Source: Candidatus Moraniibacteriota bacterium
GTDB lineage: Bacteria; Patescibacteriota; Minisyncoccia; Moranbacterales; DUUL01
Reading direction: 5' to 3'
Length of the DNA: 53,063 nucleotides
Assembly: GCA_027008775.1 (NCBI GenBank)
Contig: JALVDV010000011.1
Coordinates: 1-53,063, forward strand
Numbering within the stretch: the stretch's first letter is position 1; every line of letters begins with the position of its first letter. This document shows, in pieces, positions 45,850 through 53,063 of the stretch. Under the pieces are notes generated by a model, which worked only from the letters and a program-made list of their open reading frames with translations, was not told the origin of the DNA and did no database searches. Both the position numbers and the translations under genes were made by a program.

Positions 45850-46017
45850 ATGCTAAAGTCATTGCGCAAAATTGCTAAGGACCAAAGAGGGCAAGCTATG
45901 ATTGAGTACGCCTTGATCTTGGCCTTAGTCGCTGTGGTGGTTATTGTTGCTGTTACCGCCTTGGGTGGAAAAATAACAGCCGTTTTCCAATCCATCACCG
46001 ACGCTCTTCCCAGCTAG
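45850..46017 (+). CDS. Flp/Fap-family type IVb prepilin (55 aa; below the ORF-track size cutoff)
   Basis: Translation MLKSLRKIAKDQRGQAMIEYALILALVAVVVIVAVTALGGKITAVFQSITDALPS* has a G/xxxIEYALI processing motif and a hydrophobic helix. It starts 11 nt after the DUF192 stop, and a terminator follows. Confidence 0.75.
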   Translation: MLKSLRKIAKDQRGQAMIEYALILALVAVVVIVAVTALGGKITAVFQSITDALPS

Positions 46018-46042
46018 TAACTATACCGGAAGAGAAACGCAG

Positions 46043-46080
46043 AAAACAACTCGGAGAAGCGAGTTGTTTTTTGTTGTTTT
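46043..46080 (+). terminator. intrinsic terminator after flp
   Basis: Perfect 11-bp stem aaaacaactcg/cgagttgtttt with loop gagaag, followed by a T-rich run. Confidence 0.8.
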
Positions 46081-46248
46081 TTATTGAAACAAACAGCCAA
46101 CAAAAACAAAACCACAACAGTAGTTCTGGCTATATTAACAAAGTCTATTGCGCTACATTATCTTAGTACATCATAATCTTATTTACAATATTATCAAAAC
46201 AATCACATGACCCTTGGCAAACAATATTATCACAAATGCGAACGGGTC

Positions 46249-46280
46249 TTATTATGATATTATCAATAATATCATAATAA
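46249..46280. repeat. 32-bp AT-rich palindrome, copy B (perfect 15-bp arms)
   Basis: ttattatgatattat-ca-ataatatcataataa; every arm position pairs with its mirror. Confidence 0.95.
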
Positions 46281-46403
46281 GGCCTTTGTTGTTTGTTGTG
46301 TTCCTTTTTTATTTCCATTGTTTTCGCAGTTCTTGTTTAGATTTTTAGTCATTGTCAATTATTTCACTCTATCTTACAAATATCCGATGTTTAATATCAA
46401 TTG

Positions 46404-46644
46404 CAAATAAAAATGTCATACTTCATTACCAAATTAAAATGTCATACCTGGGAAAAAATTAAAAACTCAAAAACTCAAAAAATCACACCGCTGTTTCAAG
46501 CTCCCGGAGTTCATTTTCAGTGATTTATTGAGCTTATCCTCGGAATCATTTTTAACAATCTGTTAATTACATTCTTGGCGTCATTTTGTGTCATTTTTAG
46601 TGATTTATCAAAAGAGCTTTCGGTGTCATTTTAGGTGATTTGAT
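46404..46644 (+). repeat. cluster of short direct repeats (iteron-like) upstream of the LTD gene
   Basis: caaat[a/t]aaaatgtcatac occurs twice (46404-46421, 46430-46447). aaaaactc occurs twice in tandem (~46470-46486). tcatttt[c/t/-]ag[t/g]tgattt occurs three times (46511-46528, 46591-46608, 46627-46644), with a partial copy at 46579-46590. Confidence 0.8.
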
Positions 46645-46729
46645 GCGGACCCTTGCTTTTTCCACAAAAATAATCTAGACTGACCTCCTAATTAATTTCG
46701 GGTCCCCCGACAAGTTTCAAAACCGAGAG

Positions 46730-48916
46730 ATGTTGCCTGCGACCACGACAACTAACAAAAACCTTTTCAAAAAACTCTTTAAATTTTTGTTGTTGACTTT
46801 TATTGTCTTCAGTTTCTTCTTATTAATTTATTCTGTGGCCCAAGCTGACAGTGAGATAATCATCAATGAAATTTTACCCAATCCCTCAGGGCGAGATTCC
46901 GGTCGAGAATTCATTGAACTATACAATCCAGGCTCACAAGATATCTCTTTGGCAAATTGGCAAGTGCGCAAAAAAGCGCGCTCCGGTTCTATTAAAACCC
47001 ATCATTTTTCAGAAAACGAAACCGTCAAAGCCAAAGAATATTTTATTCTGACATTCAACGGTCTCAACAACGATGGCGCCGAGATTGAAATAGTAGATGA
47101 TGCTGGTGAAAAAATTGATAGTATGAATTACAAAAACGCTCCGGAGGGTTTGAGCTACAATCGCTCCGCCGAGGAACAAGATTTTTATCTGGCTGAGCCA
47201 ACCCCTGCCGAAAAAAACAAACCGGACCCTCGTCAGCGAAAATATCCTAAAATTCTCATCAATGAAATTTTCCCCCATCCCTCCGCTGACGAAAAGAACA
47301 AAGAATTTATTGAATTATATAACCCCAATCGGGAAGAGATTAATCTCCGTGGTTGGGTGCTGAGAGATGCTAGCCGGACCGGAAAATATATTTTCAAAAA
47401 AGATAAAATCATCAAGTCACTGGGCTACCTGGTTGTCTATCGTTCCGATTTTAAATTTGCCCTAAATAACTCCGGCTCGGAAAATGTTTTTTTATTAGCT
47501 CCCAATGATGATTTTTCCCAAGGAGAGTTTAAAGACAAAATCAGTTACCAAAACAGTTTTACCAATCGTAGCTATAATCGCGACGAAAAAGAAAATGACA
47601 AATGGTATTGGACTGAGCCAAGTCCCAATCAGGAAAACAAACCCAATCCTTTGCGAAAGAAATATCCCGCTCTTTTCATCACGGAAATTCTCCCCAACCC
47701 TCTTTCCGAGGAAGAAAAAAATGAATACATTGAAATTTACAATCCTCAGACATCCACTGTCACCCTTGCCGGTTGGGCACTCAGTGACAAAACCGGCCAA
47801 CAATATCTTTTCTCCAAAGAAGAAATAAAACCGCAACAATATCTGGTTGTTTACCGTTCCAATTTTAAATTTGCTCTGAACAATTCCGGTTCGGAGGAAG
47901 TTGAACTATTGGCTCCCAACCAAAAAGTTATTCACTCTCTATCTTACCGACAAGCGCCGGAAGGAATATCCTACAGTTTTGATTTGGAAAAGCACGCTTG
48001 GCGCTGGACAGAATTTCAAACTCCCGGGCAAGCCAATAAATTTAATCAACCTCTCAATTTTCAAGTTAAGCTACCGCGAAATATTTATCAAAACGTTAAA
48101 GCCAAATTCAAATTACGAAATTTGCAAAGTGACAGTAAAAAAGAATTAAAATTCAAGTGGGACTTTGGTGATGGGCATCACAGCTATTTGCAAAACCCTT
48201 CGCACATTTACCAACAAAAGGGCAAATTCCAATTGATGGTCAGCGTCTTTGACGGCCGGGAAAGAAAAACTAAACAATTCATTGTTGAAGTGAAAAAATA
48301 TCCTCATCATCCAATAAAAATAGTGGAAATAATGCCCAATCCGGCCGGCAAAGACACTGGGCATGAATACATAGTTTTGGAAAACAAATCCTCTAAAAAA
48401 ATCAACTTGGCCGATTATTTTATCGCCACCGGCAAAAGCAAGAAAAAACTTATCAGGCACCCGATTTACAAAGATTTTATTATCAAATCGCACCATCGTC
48501 GCAAATTGTTTAATAAAAAAATATGTAAATTCTCCTTACCAAATACAAAGGGGGAGGCGCGACTGCTCGCCCCGGATGGTGAAATTGTTGACAAAGTAAA
48601 ATATCAAAAAGAAAAAATCGCCGATAACGAGAAATATATTCTTGCCACAAACAAGCGATGGATTTGGCTGAAAGAAAAACCGACCAATTTAACGGCGACC
48701 CCTGCCCAAGCGCTGGCAAAAGAAAAGGGAAGTCTTGACCCCACACTGAATATTTTCCGTCGGCAATGTGACGCCAGACAGCAAATAATTATTTACAACT
48801 GGTTCTACCGCTTAAAAACAAAACAAAATAAATTTCAAATTTTACTTTGGCAAAAAATAATCTCCTCATTATTCCCCGCGCCAAACAACAAACCACCCAA
48901 AACTTATTTTTATTAA
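46730..48916 (+). CDS. secreted or anchored protein with four lamin-tail domains (LTD) and one PKD domain
   Basis: 728 aa with an N-terminal hydrophobic signal or anchor. The LTD signature I(I/L)INEI.PNP...EFIELYNP...L.GW recurs at aa ~42, 174, 314 and 528. The PKD motif FKWDFGDGHHSYLQNPSHIYQQKGKF lies at aa ~475. Confidence 0.85.
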   Translation: MLPATTTTNKNLFKKLFKFLLLTFIVFSFFLLIYSVAQADSEIIINEILPNPSGRDSGREFIELYNPGSQDISLANWQVRKKARSGSIKTHHFSENETVKAKEYFILTFNGLNNDGAEIEIVDDAGEKIDSMNYKNAPEGLSYNRSAEEQDFYLAEPTPAEKNKPDPRQRKYPKILINEIFPHPSADEKNKEFIELYNPNREEINLRGWVLRDASRTGKYIFKKDKIIKSLGYLVVYRSDFKFALNNSGSENVFLLAPNDDFSQGEFKDKISYQNSFTNRSYNRDEKENDKWYWTEPSPNQENKPNPLRKKYPALFITEILPNPLSEEEKNEYIEIYNPQTSTVTLAGWALSDKTGQQYLFSKEEIKPQQYLVVYRSNFKFALNNSGSEEVELLAPNQKVIHSLSYRQAPEGISYSFDLEKHAWRWTEFQTPGQANKFNQPLNFQVKLPRNIYQNVKAKFKLRNLQSDSKKELKFKWDFGDGHHSYLQNPSHIYQQKGKFQLMVSVFDGRERKTKQFIVEVKKYPHHPIKIVEIMPNPAGKDTGHEYIVLENKSSKKINLADYFIATGKSKKKLIRHPIYKDFIIKSHHRRKLFNKKICKFSLPNTKGEARLLAPDGEIVDKVKYQKEKIADNEKYILATNKRWIWLKEKPTNLTATPAQALAKEKGSLDPTLNIFRRQCDARQQIIIYNWFYRLKTKQNKFQILLWQKIISSLFPAPNNKPPKTYFY

Positions 48917-48976
48917 TTTTCCGGAGCTTTGTCTCGCTAAATAGTTTGCCGGCGATTAGTTGTCTGTTGAGGATTA

Positions 48977-49012
48977 GCCCCCGCCCGCCGTCCACGGGCG
49001 GCGGGCGGGGGC
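48977..49012. other. perfect 14-bp all-G/C hairpin (gcccccgcccgccg / cggcgggcgggggc) with an 8-nt loop
   Basis: 48977-48990 pairs perfectly with 48999-49012. It lies between the LTD gene (+) and tRNA-Asn (-), and there is no U tract on either strand. Confidence 0.85.
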
Positions 49013-49120
49013 GCACAAAGAGGCTAACCAGAAGATTACACGGAGAAATTGATCAACCAAAGCAATATTCAAAATGTTACCTAAAACAAAAATCACCTTT
49101 GAGGCGATTTTTGTTTACTG

Positions 49121-49192
49121 CTCCCGGGGTCGGATTCGAACCGACGACCAATTGGTTAACAGCCAACTGCGCTACCGCTGCGCCACCCGGGA
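49121..49192 (-). tRNA. tRNA-Asn (anticodon GUU)
   Basis: The reverse complement folds with acceptor tcccggg/cccggga, D arm gcgc/gcgc, anticodon stem gttgg/ccaat with loop ctGTTaa, and T arm gtcgg-ttcgaat-ccgac. Confidence 0.9.
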
Positions 49193-49388
49193 ATATTTCC
49201 AATTCTCGCTTTTTCAAACAAATCACTATGTACAGTATAATAACATTTTTCAAATAGTCAACTCTTATCGGGACACTTAAAATAAAATGAAGCGCATCGT
49301 GTGCAGACGTTTGCCTTGTCTAAAAAAATGTGCTAGCATTTGTCCTTAGTAAATGGTTTTAAACACTTCTGAAAATTAAAGTAATAAT

Positions 49389-52181
49389 ATGGCCAAAGAC
49401 AAAATCATAGTTAAAGGAGCGCGACAAAATAATTTGAAGAACATTGATGTAGAGATTCCTAAAAACAAACTGACCGTTATTACCGGTTTATCCGGTAGCG
49501 GTAAATCGTCGTTGGCTTTTGATATAATTTACGCCGAAGGCTATCGGCGTTACGTGGAAAATCTTTCCGCCCAGGCTCGCTTCTTCTTAAATGATGTCCG
49601 AAAGCCGGAAGTGGACAGTATTGATAATCTCTCCCCGGCCATTGCCATTGACCAAAAAAGGGACTCCAAAAATCCTCGCTCTACCGTGGGGACAGTTCTG
49701 GGAGTTTACGATTTTTTGCGAATCTTATTTGCGGAAGTGGGGGAAGTTTATTGTCCGCATTGTCAAATCTCTCTGCAAAAAAATGATGAAAAAGAAATTT
49801 TAAATTATTTAAAAACTTTACCCCGCGGGACGGAAGTGTATATTTTGGCTCCCCAAAAAATCTCCGGCGACCTGGAGAAAGAATTAAAAAATATCGCCAA
49901 CCAAGGTTACGCTAAAGTTAGACTGGACAACAAGATTTTTTATGTTGATTCTTTGCTGGTTAGAAAACAGAAGCCAAAAACCAAACAAGTGGATATCGTG
50001 GTGGACAGATTAAACATTGATAAGAATAAATTTGACCAAGAAAGAATTGTTGATTCTCTGCAAATTGCCGCTAAACTTTCCGACCAGCCGGTTATTGTTT
50101 CCGTTGAAGGCGAGAAAGATATTTATTATAGCAAAAGCTATAATTGTCCCCAATGCGATTTCAAACTGGCCGGCTTGAAAAGGAAAAATTTTTCCTTTAA
50201 TTCTCCGGAAGGAGCTTGTCCCAAATGCGGAGGACTGGGAGAAGTCTATCAAGCGGAGCTGGATAAAACAATTCCCAATAAAAATTTGTCCATCAACGAA
50301 GGAGCGATTGTTCCCTGGAGTCGTCTTAACGGCAATGGCGAAAGCGGGCGTCGGCAAGCTATTCTCAAAGCTTTGGCTAAAAAATATAAATTTAGTCTTA
50401 ACAAACCAATTAAAAAAATTCCGGCGGAAATTGTGGAGAAAATCATTTTCTCCGGAGAAAATAATCTGAACATTAAACTAAAAGGTAAAGAAAAAATCAT
50501 TGATTTCAGGGGGGTGGCCAAAGAATTGGAAGAAAAGTATCAGCAGAGACAAGGCGCTTCCAGCGAGCTGGAACGATATTTAACCAAAAAAATTTGCTCC
50601 CTTTGCCAGGGGAAAAGACTGAAAAAAGAATTTTTGGCCGTAAAAGTCCTGGGTAAAAGTATAGATGAGCTCTCTTTTATGGAAATCAGAGACTTAATCA
50701 AATTTTTTTCTTCTTTTGAAAAGAGGCTGGATGAGTTTAAAGAAAAAAAACCCTTCCTGGAAAAATTGATTAAAGAAATTGTTGCCCGTCTCCAACCGGT
50801 GGCGGGAGTAGGGGTGGAATATCTAAATTTAAACAGAGCCTCCAACACACTCTCCGGAGGCGAATTTCAGAGACTAAGATTGTCCACTCAACTGCAAAAT
50901 AAACTTTCCAATTTAATCTACGTTTTAGATGAACCATCGGTTGGATTGCACAGTTCTGATATCAAAAATCTTATCAAAAGTCTCAAAGAAATTTGCCGAC
51001 ACAACAACACCGTTATTGTCGTTGAACATGATCGCGAAATGATTAAATCCGCCGACCACATTATTGACATTGGTCCCAAAGCCGGGCAAGAGGGCGGAAA
51101 GGTTATTTTTTCCGGCGATGTGCAAAAGTTAAAAAAAGCAAAGACAGAAACGGCTCGTTTCCTATTCAAAAAACCAACTTTCGCAAAAAACATCGTCAAA
51201 GGGAAAGCCAAAAATAATATTTTCCGACAACAACTTATCGTCAAAGGAGCCAGAGAACATAATTTAAAGAATATAGATGTAAAAATTCCCTTAAAACATT
51301 TCGTTGCTGTTACCGGCGTTTCCGGTAGTGGCAAAAGTTCCCTAGTTATTGATGTTTTGGCCAAAGGTCTCAAGAAAAAATTAAACAAAGGTCAAGTTGA
51401 AGCGGGAAAATGCAAAGCTATTGAAGGCGCTGAGCAAGTATCAAAATTGATAATGGTTAATCAATCGCCCATCGGTCGCTCTCCCCGTTCCAATGCTGCC
51501 ACCTACACCGGAGTTTTCAGTCATATCAGAAAAGTTTTTGCCGAAACGGAATTGGCCAAAAAGAAAGGACTCAGTGAAAAATATTTTTCTTTCAATATGA
51601 AGGGCGGACGTTGTGAATACTGCCAAGGAGAAGGGGTGAAAAAAGTAGAGATGCAACTCTTGGGTGGCGTTTACACGGACTGTCCTCATTGTGGTGGCAC
51701 GCGCTACAATAAAAAAGTCAGAGAAATTGAATATCAGGGCGCTTCCATAGTTGATGTTTTAAATATGAGTGTTGAGTACGCTTATCACTTTTTCAATTCT
51801 AAAAAAGTTATTGCTCGCAAACTGAAAGTCTTGTTGGATGTCGGTCTCGGCTACTTGAAACTGGGGCAGAACGCCACTGAACTTTCCGGCGGAGAGGCGC
51901 AAAGAGTTAAATTAGCTACCGAGCTGATTAAACAATCCAATCGAGGAGCTCTGTATATTTTGGACGAGCCAACTGTTGGTTTGCACTTCAGCGATATTCA
52001 AAGGTTGTTAAAGGTTATCAATAAATTGGTGGAAAAAGGAAATTCCGTCATTGTCATTGAACATAACGAAGATATGATTTACGCCAGCGACTGGGTCATT
52101 GAATTGGGTCCGGGTGGAGGAAAAAAAGGGGGAAAAGTAGTTTTCTCTGGCACTCCGGAACAGATGATTAAGAAATCTTAA
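49389..52181 (+). CDS. uvrA: excinuclease ABC subunit A
   Basis: 930 aa with two ABC modules (GLSGSGKSS and GVSGSGKSS Walker A, two LSGGE signatures) and zinc-finger cysteines (CPHC, CPQC..CPKC, CEYC..CPHC). Confidence 0.95.
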   Translation: MAKDKIIVKGARQNNLKNIDVEIPKNKLTVITGLSGSGKSSLAFDIIYAEGYRRYVENLSAQARFFLNDVRKPEVDSIDNLSPAIAIDQKRDSKNPRSTVGTVLGVYDFLRILFAEVGEVYCPHCQISLQKNDEKEILNYLKTLPRGTEVYILAPQKISGDLEKELKNIANQGYAKVRLDNKIFYVDSLLVRKQKPKTKQVDIVVDRLNIDKNKFDQERIVDSLQIAAKLSDQPVIVSVEGEKDIYYSKSYNCPQCDFKLAGLKRKNFSFNSPEGACPKCGGLGEVYQAELDKTIPNKNLSINEGAIVPWSRLNGNGESGRRQAILKALAKKYKFSLNKPIKKIPAEIVEKIIFSGENNLNIKLKGKEKIIDFRGVAKELEEKYQQRQGASSELERYLTKKICSLCQGKRLKKEFLAVKVLGKSIDELSFMEIRDLIKFFSSFEKRLDEFKEKKPFLEKLIKEIVARLQPVAGVGVEYLNLNRASNTLSGGEFQRLRLSTQLQNKLSNLIYVLDEPSVGLHSSDIKNLIKSLKEICRHNNTVIVVEHDREMIKSADHIIDIGPKAGQEGGKVIFSGDVQKLKKAKTETARFLFKKPTFAKNIVKGKAKNNIFRQQLIVKGAREHNLKNIDVKIPLKHFVAVTGVSGSGKSSLVIDVLAKGLKKKLNKGQVEAGKCKAIEGAEQVSKLIMVNQSPIGRSPRSNAATYTGVFSHIRKVFAETELAKKKGLSEKYFSFNMKGGRCEYCQGEGVKKVEMQLLGGVYTDCPHCGGTRYNKKVREIEYQGASIVDVLNMSVEYAYHFFNSKKVIARKLKVLLDVGLGYLKLGQNATELSGGEAQRVKLATELIKQSNRGALYILDEPTVGLHFSDIQRLLKVINKLVEKGNSVIVIEHNEDMIYASDWVIELGPGGGKKGGKVVFSGTPEQMIKKS

Positions 52182-52228
52182 CTATGTTGTCAAATATCAA
52201 TTAAAACTGATTTTTTCAAACAAAAAAT

Positions 52229-52741
52229 ATGAAACAGAGAAAGATTTGCATTACTTTTGCCGGCGCTGTCGGCAATTCAAAGACTCCAATTTCCCACTAT
52301 TTAAGTATAAAATTAAACTTGCCAATTTTTAATAACGATGCCATCCGTTCAGAAGTAAAAGAAGACTTGGGAATCTTTGATGACGAAGAATATATCAAAA
52401 GACGCGATTTAAGGCTAAGAGAAGTCTTAAAGAGCGGAAACTCCTTCATTTATGATGCAAGTGTTGACAGGAGATGGCGGAAATTCAAAAAAGATTTGCT
52501 TTCTTCTCGGTATTCATTTTTTATTATCAGTCTTGATTTGAGTAAAGAATTGCTGACAAAGCTTTATAGATCTAAGCGCTATTTCAACTCTTTGAAGCGT
52601 ATTGATGAGCTTATTCAAGATCACAACCATTTTTTAAATGAATACGCAAATGATGTCGGACTGCACATCGGCGACAAAGAATTTCCCAACAGATTGCAAA
52701 TTTCATTTGATCAAGTCAAAGAATATTTAAAAAAACGCTAA
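52229..52741 (+). CDS. hypothetical small P-loop-like (kinase/AAA_33-like) protein
   Basis: 170 aa. ITFAGAVGNSKT is a degenerate Walker A (GxxxxSKT). Nothing else is recognisable. Confidence 0.45.
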   Translation: MKQRKICITFAGAVGNSKTPISHYLSIKLNLPIFNNDAIRSEVKEDLGIFDDEEYIKRRDLRLREVLKSGNSFIYDASVDRRWRKFKKDLLSSRYSFFIISLDLSKELLTKLYRSKRYFNSLKRIDELIQDHNHFLNEYANDVGLHIGDKEFPNRLQISFDQVKEYLKKR

Positions 52742-52840
52742 CTCCGCCAAAAAGGCCAAAAGTGTTTAGATATTACCACAAGTTCTTGACAATTTTTCCC
52801 TTTTCCCCTAAACTAACCCTCCAACCGGTTGAAGTGGGAC

Positions 52841-52980
52841 GGGAAAGAAAAAAGAGGAAAAAATAGAAAAGAGAAAAAAAGGAAGGATTGAGGAATAAGA
52901 AGAGAGAAGAAAAGAGAAGAATAGGAAAGGAGAAAAAAGAAAAGAATTGCAAAAAGAAAAAAACCAAAAGAAAAACAAAT
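52841..52980 (+). repeat. ~140-nt polypurine (A/G) low-complexity tract
   Basis: gggaaagaaaaaagaggaaaaaatagaaaagagaaaaaaaggaagg... is almost devoid of pyrimidines on the + strand. It is preceded by TTGACA (52786-52791), a 17-nt spacer and TAAACT (52809-52814). Confidence 0.8.
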
Positions 52981-53063
52981 ACTTTAATTCCTTTTATCTC
53001 AAATTCAAAGTATGAATTCTTCTTTTGGTTTTTCTCTTAGAAAAAGATATTCTAGGGCCTTCA

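Noticed and set aside
38193-46280. Palindrome copies A and B as att sites bounding an 8-kb mobile island.
   Set aside because: The enclosed genes (comEC, MBL, gtrA-like, dnaJ, dprA, flp) are core-type, with no integrase or transposase. A third copy lies 10 kb away, and the copies are palindromic rather than directional.
46249-46280. The palindrome as a chromosomal dif (XerCD) site.
   Set aside because: dif sites have CATAA-N6-TTATG-type inner arms, with the arms facing the opposite way, and occur once per replicon. Here the TTATG and CATAA motifs are outward-facing with a 2-nt centre, and there are three copies.
46404-46644. Short direct repeats as a degenerate CRISPR array.
   Set aside because: The repeat units are only ~18 nt, of several different types, irregularly spaced (26, 36 and 80 nt), and there are no cas genes.
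48847-49257. 136-aa plus-strand ORF downstream of the LTD gene (also 49074-49280).
   Set aside because: It runs through the GC hairpin and antisense through tRNA-Asn. It is an artefact of the absence of stops in GC-rich or tRNA sequence.
52773-52967. 64-aa minus-strand ORF (poly F/L/S).
   Set aside because: It is the translation of the pyrimidine strand of a polypurine tract. It has no start context, and low complexity is the more parsimonious explanation.

Overview
This is an AT-rich, tightly packed bacterial window using the standard code, with UGA as a stop codon. The gene content includes compact housekeeping genes, DUF4012, LemA-HtpX, many small membrane or hypothetical ORFs, pilus and competence genes, and a lamin-tail-domain surface protein. 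This resembles a Candidate Phyla Radiation / Patescibacteria-type genome, but that is inference only because no database search was possible.

Housekeeping calls are pheS, pheT, pyk, rpsB-tsf, prfB (with the classic +1 frameshift), ftsEX, dnaJ, uvrA, rnj, secG, a MiaB-like methylthiotransferase, four tRNAs and others.

The accessory or unusual content is as follows.
(1) pheS and pheT are separated by about 4.2 kb. This segment holds two BrnT/BrnA toxin-antitoxin cassettes and three uncharacterised genes. The first cassette is bracketed by a roughly 70-bp duplication of the pheS 3' end.
(2) A DNA-uptake themed neighbourhood spans 34.4-48.9 kb. It contains a single 1039-aa ORF with two complete PilB/GspE ATPase modules fused in tandem, a ComEC split into channel and metallo-beta-lactamase ORFs, DprA, an unannotated 55-aa Flp-type pilin, and a secreted protein with four lamin-tail domains plus a PKD domain.
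(3) A 32-bp AT-rich palindrome (15-bp arms) occurs three times, at 27927, 38193 and 46249. Each copy lies inside an unusually long ORF-free spacer, and two of those spacers also carry clusters of short direct repeats.
(4) Further oddities are isolated perfect GC-rich hairpins in an AT-rich background, a roughly 140-nt polypurine tract, and a structured rpsB leader.

No CRISPR array, rRNA gene, transposase or integrase was seen. All functional calls rest on motif recognition by eye and need HMM/BLAST confirmation.
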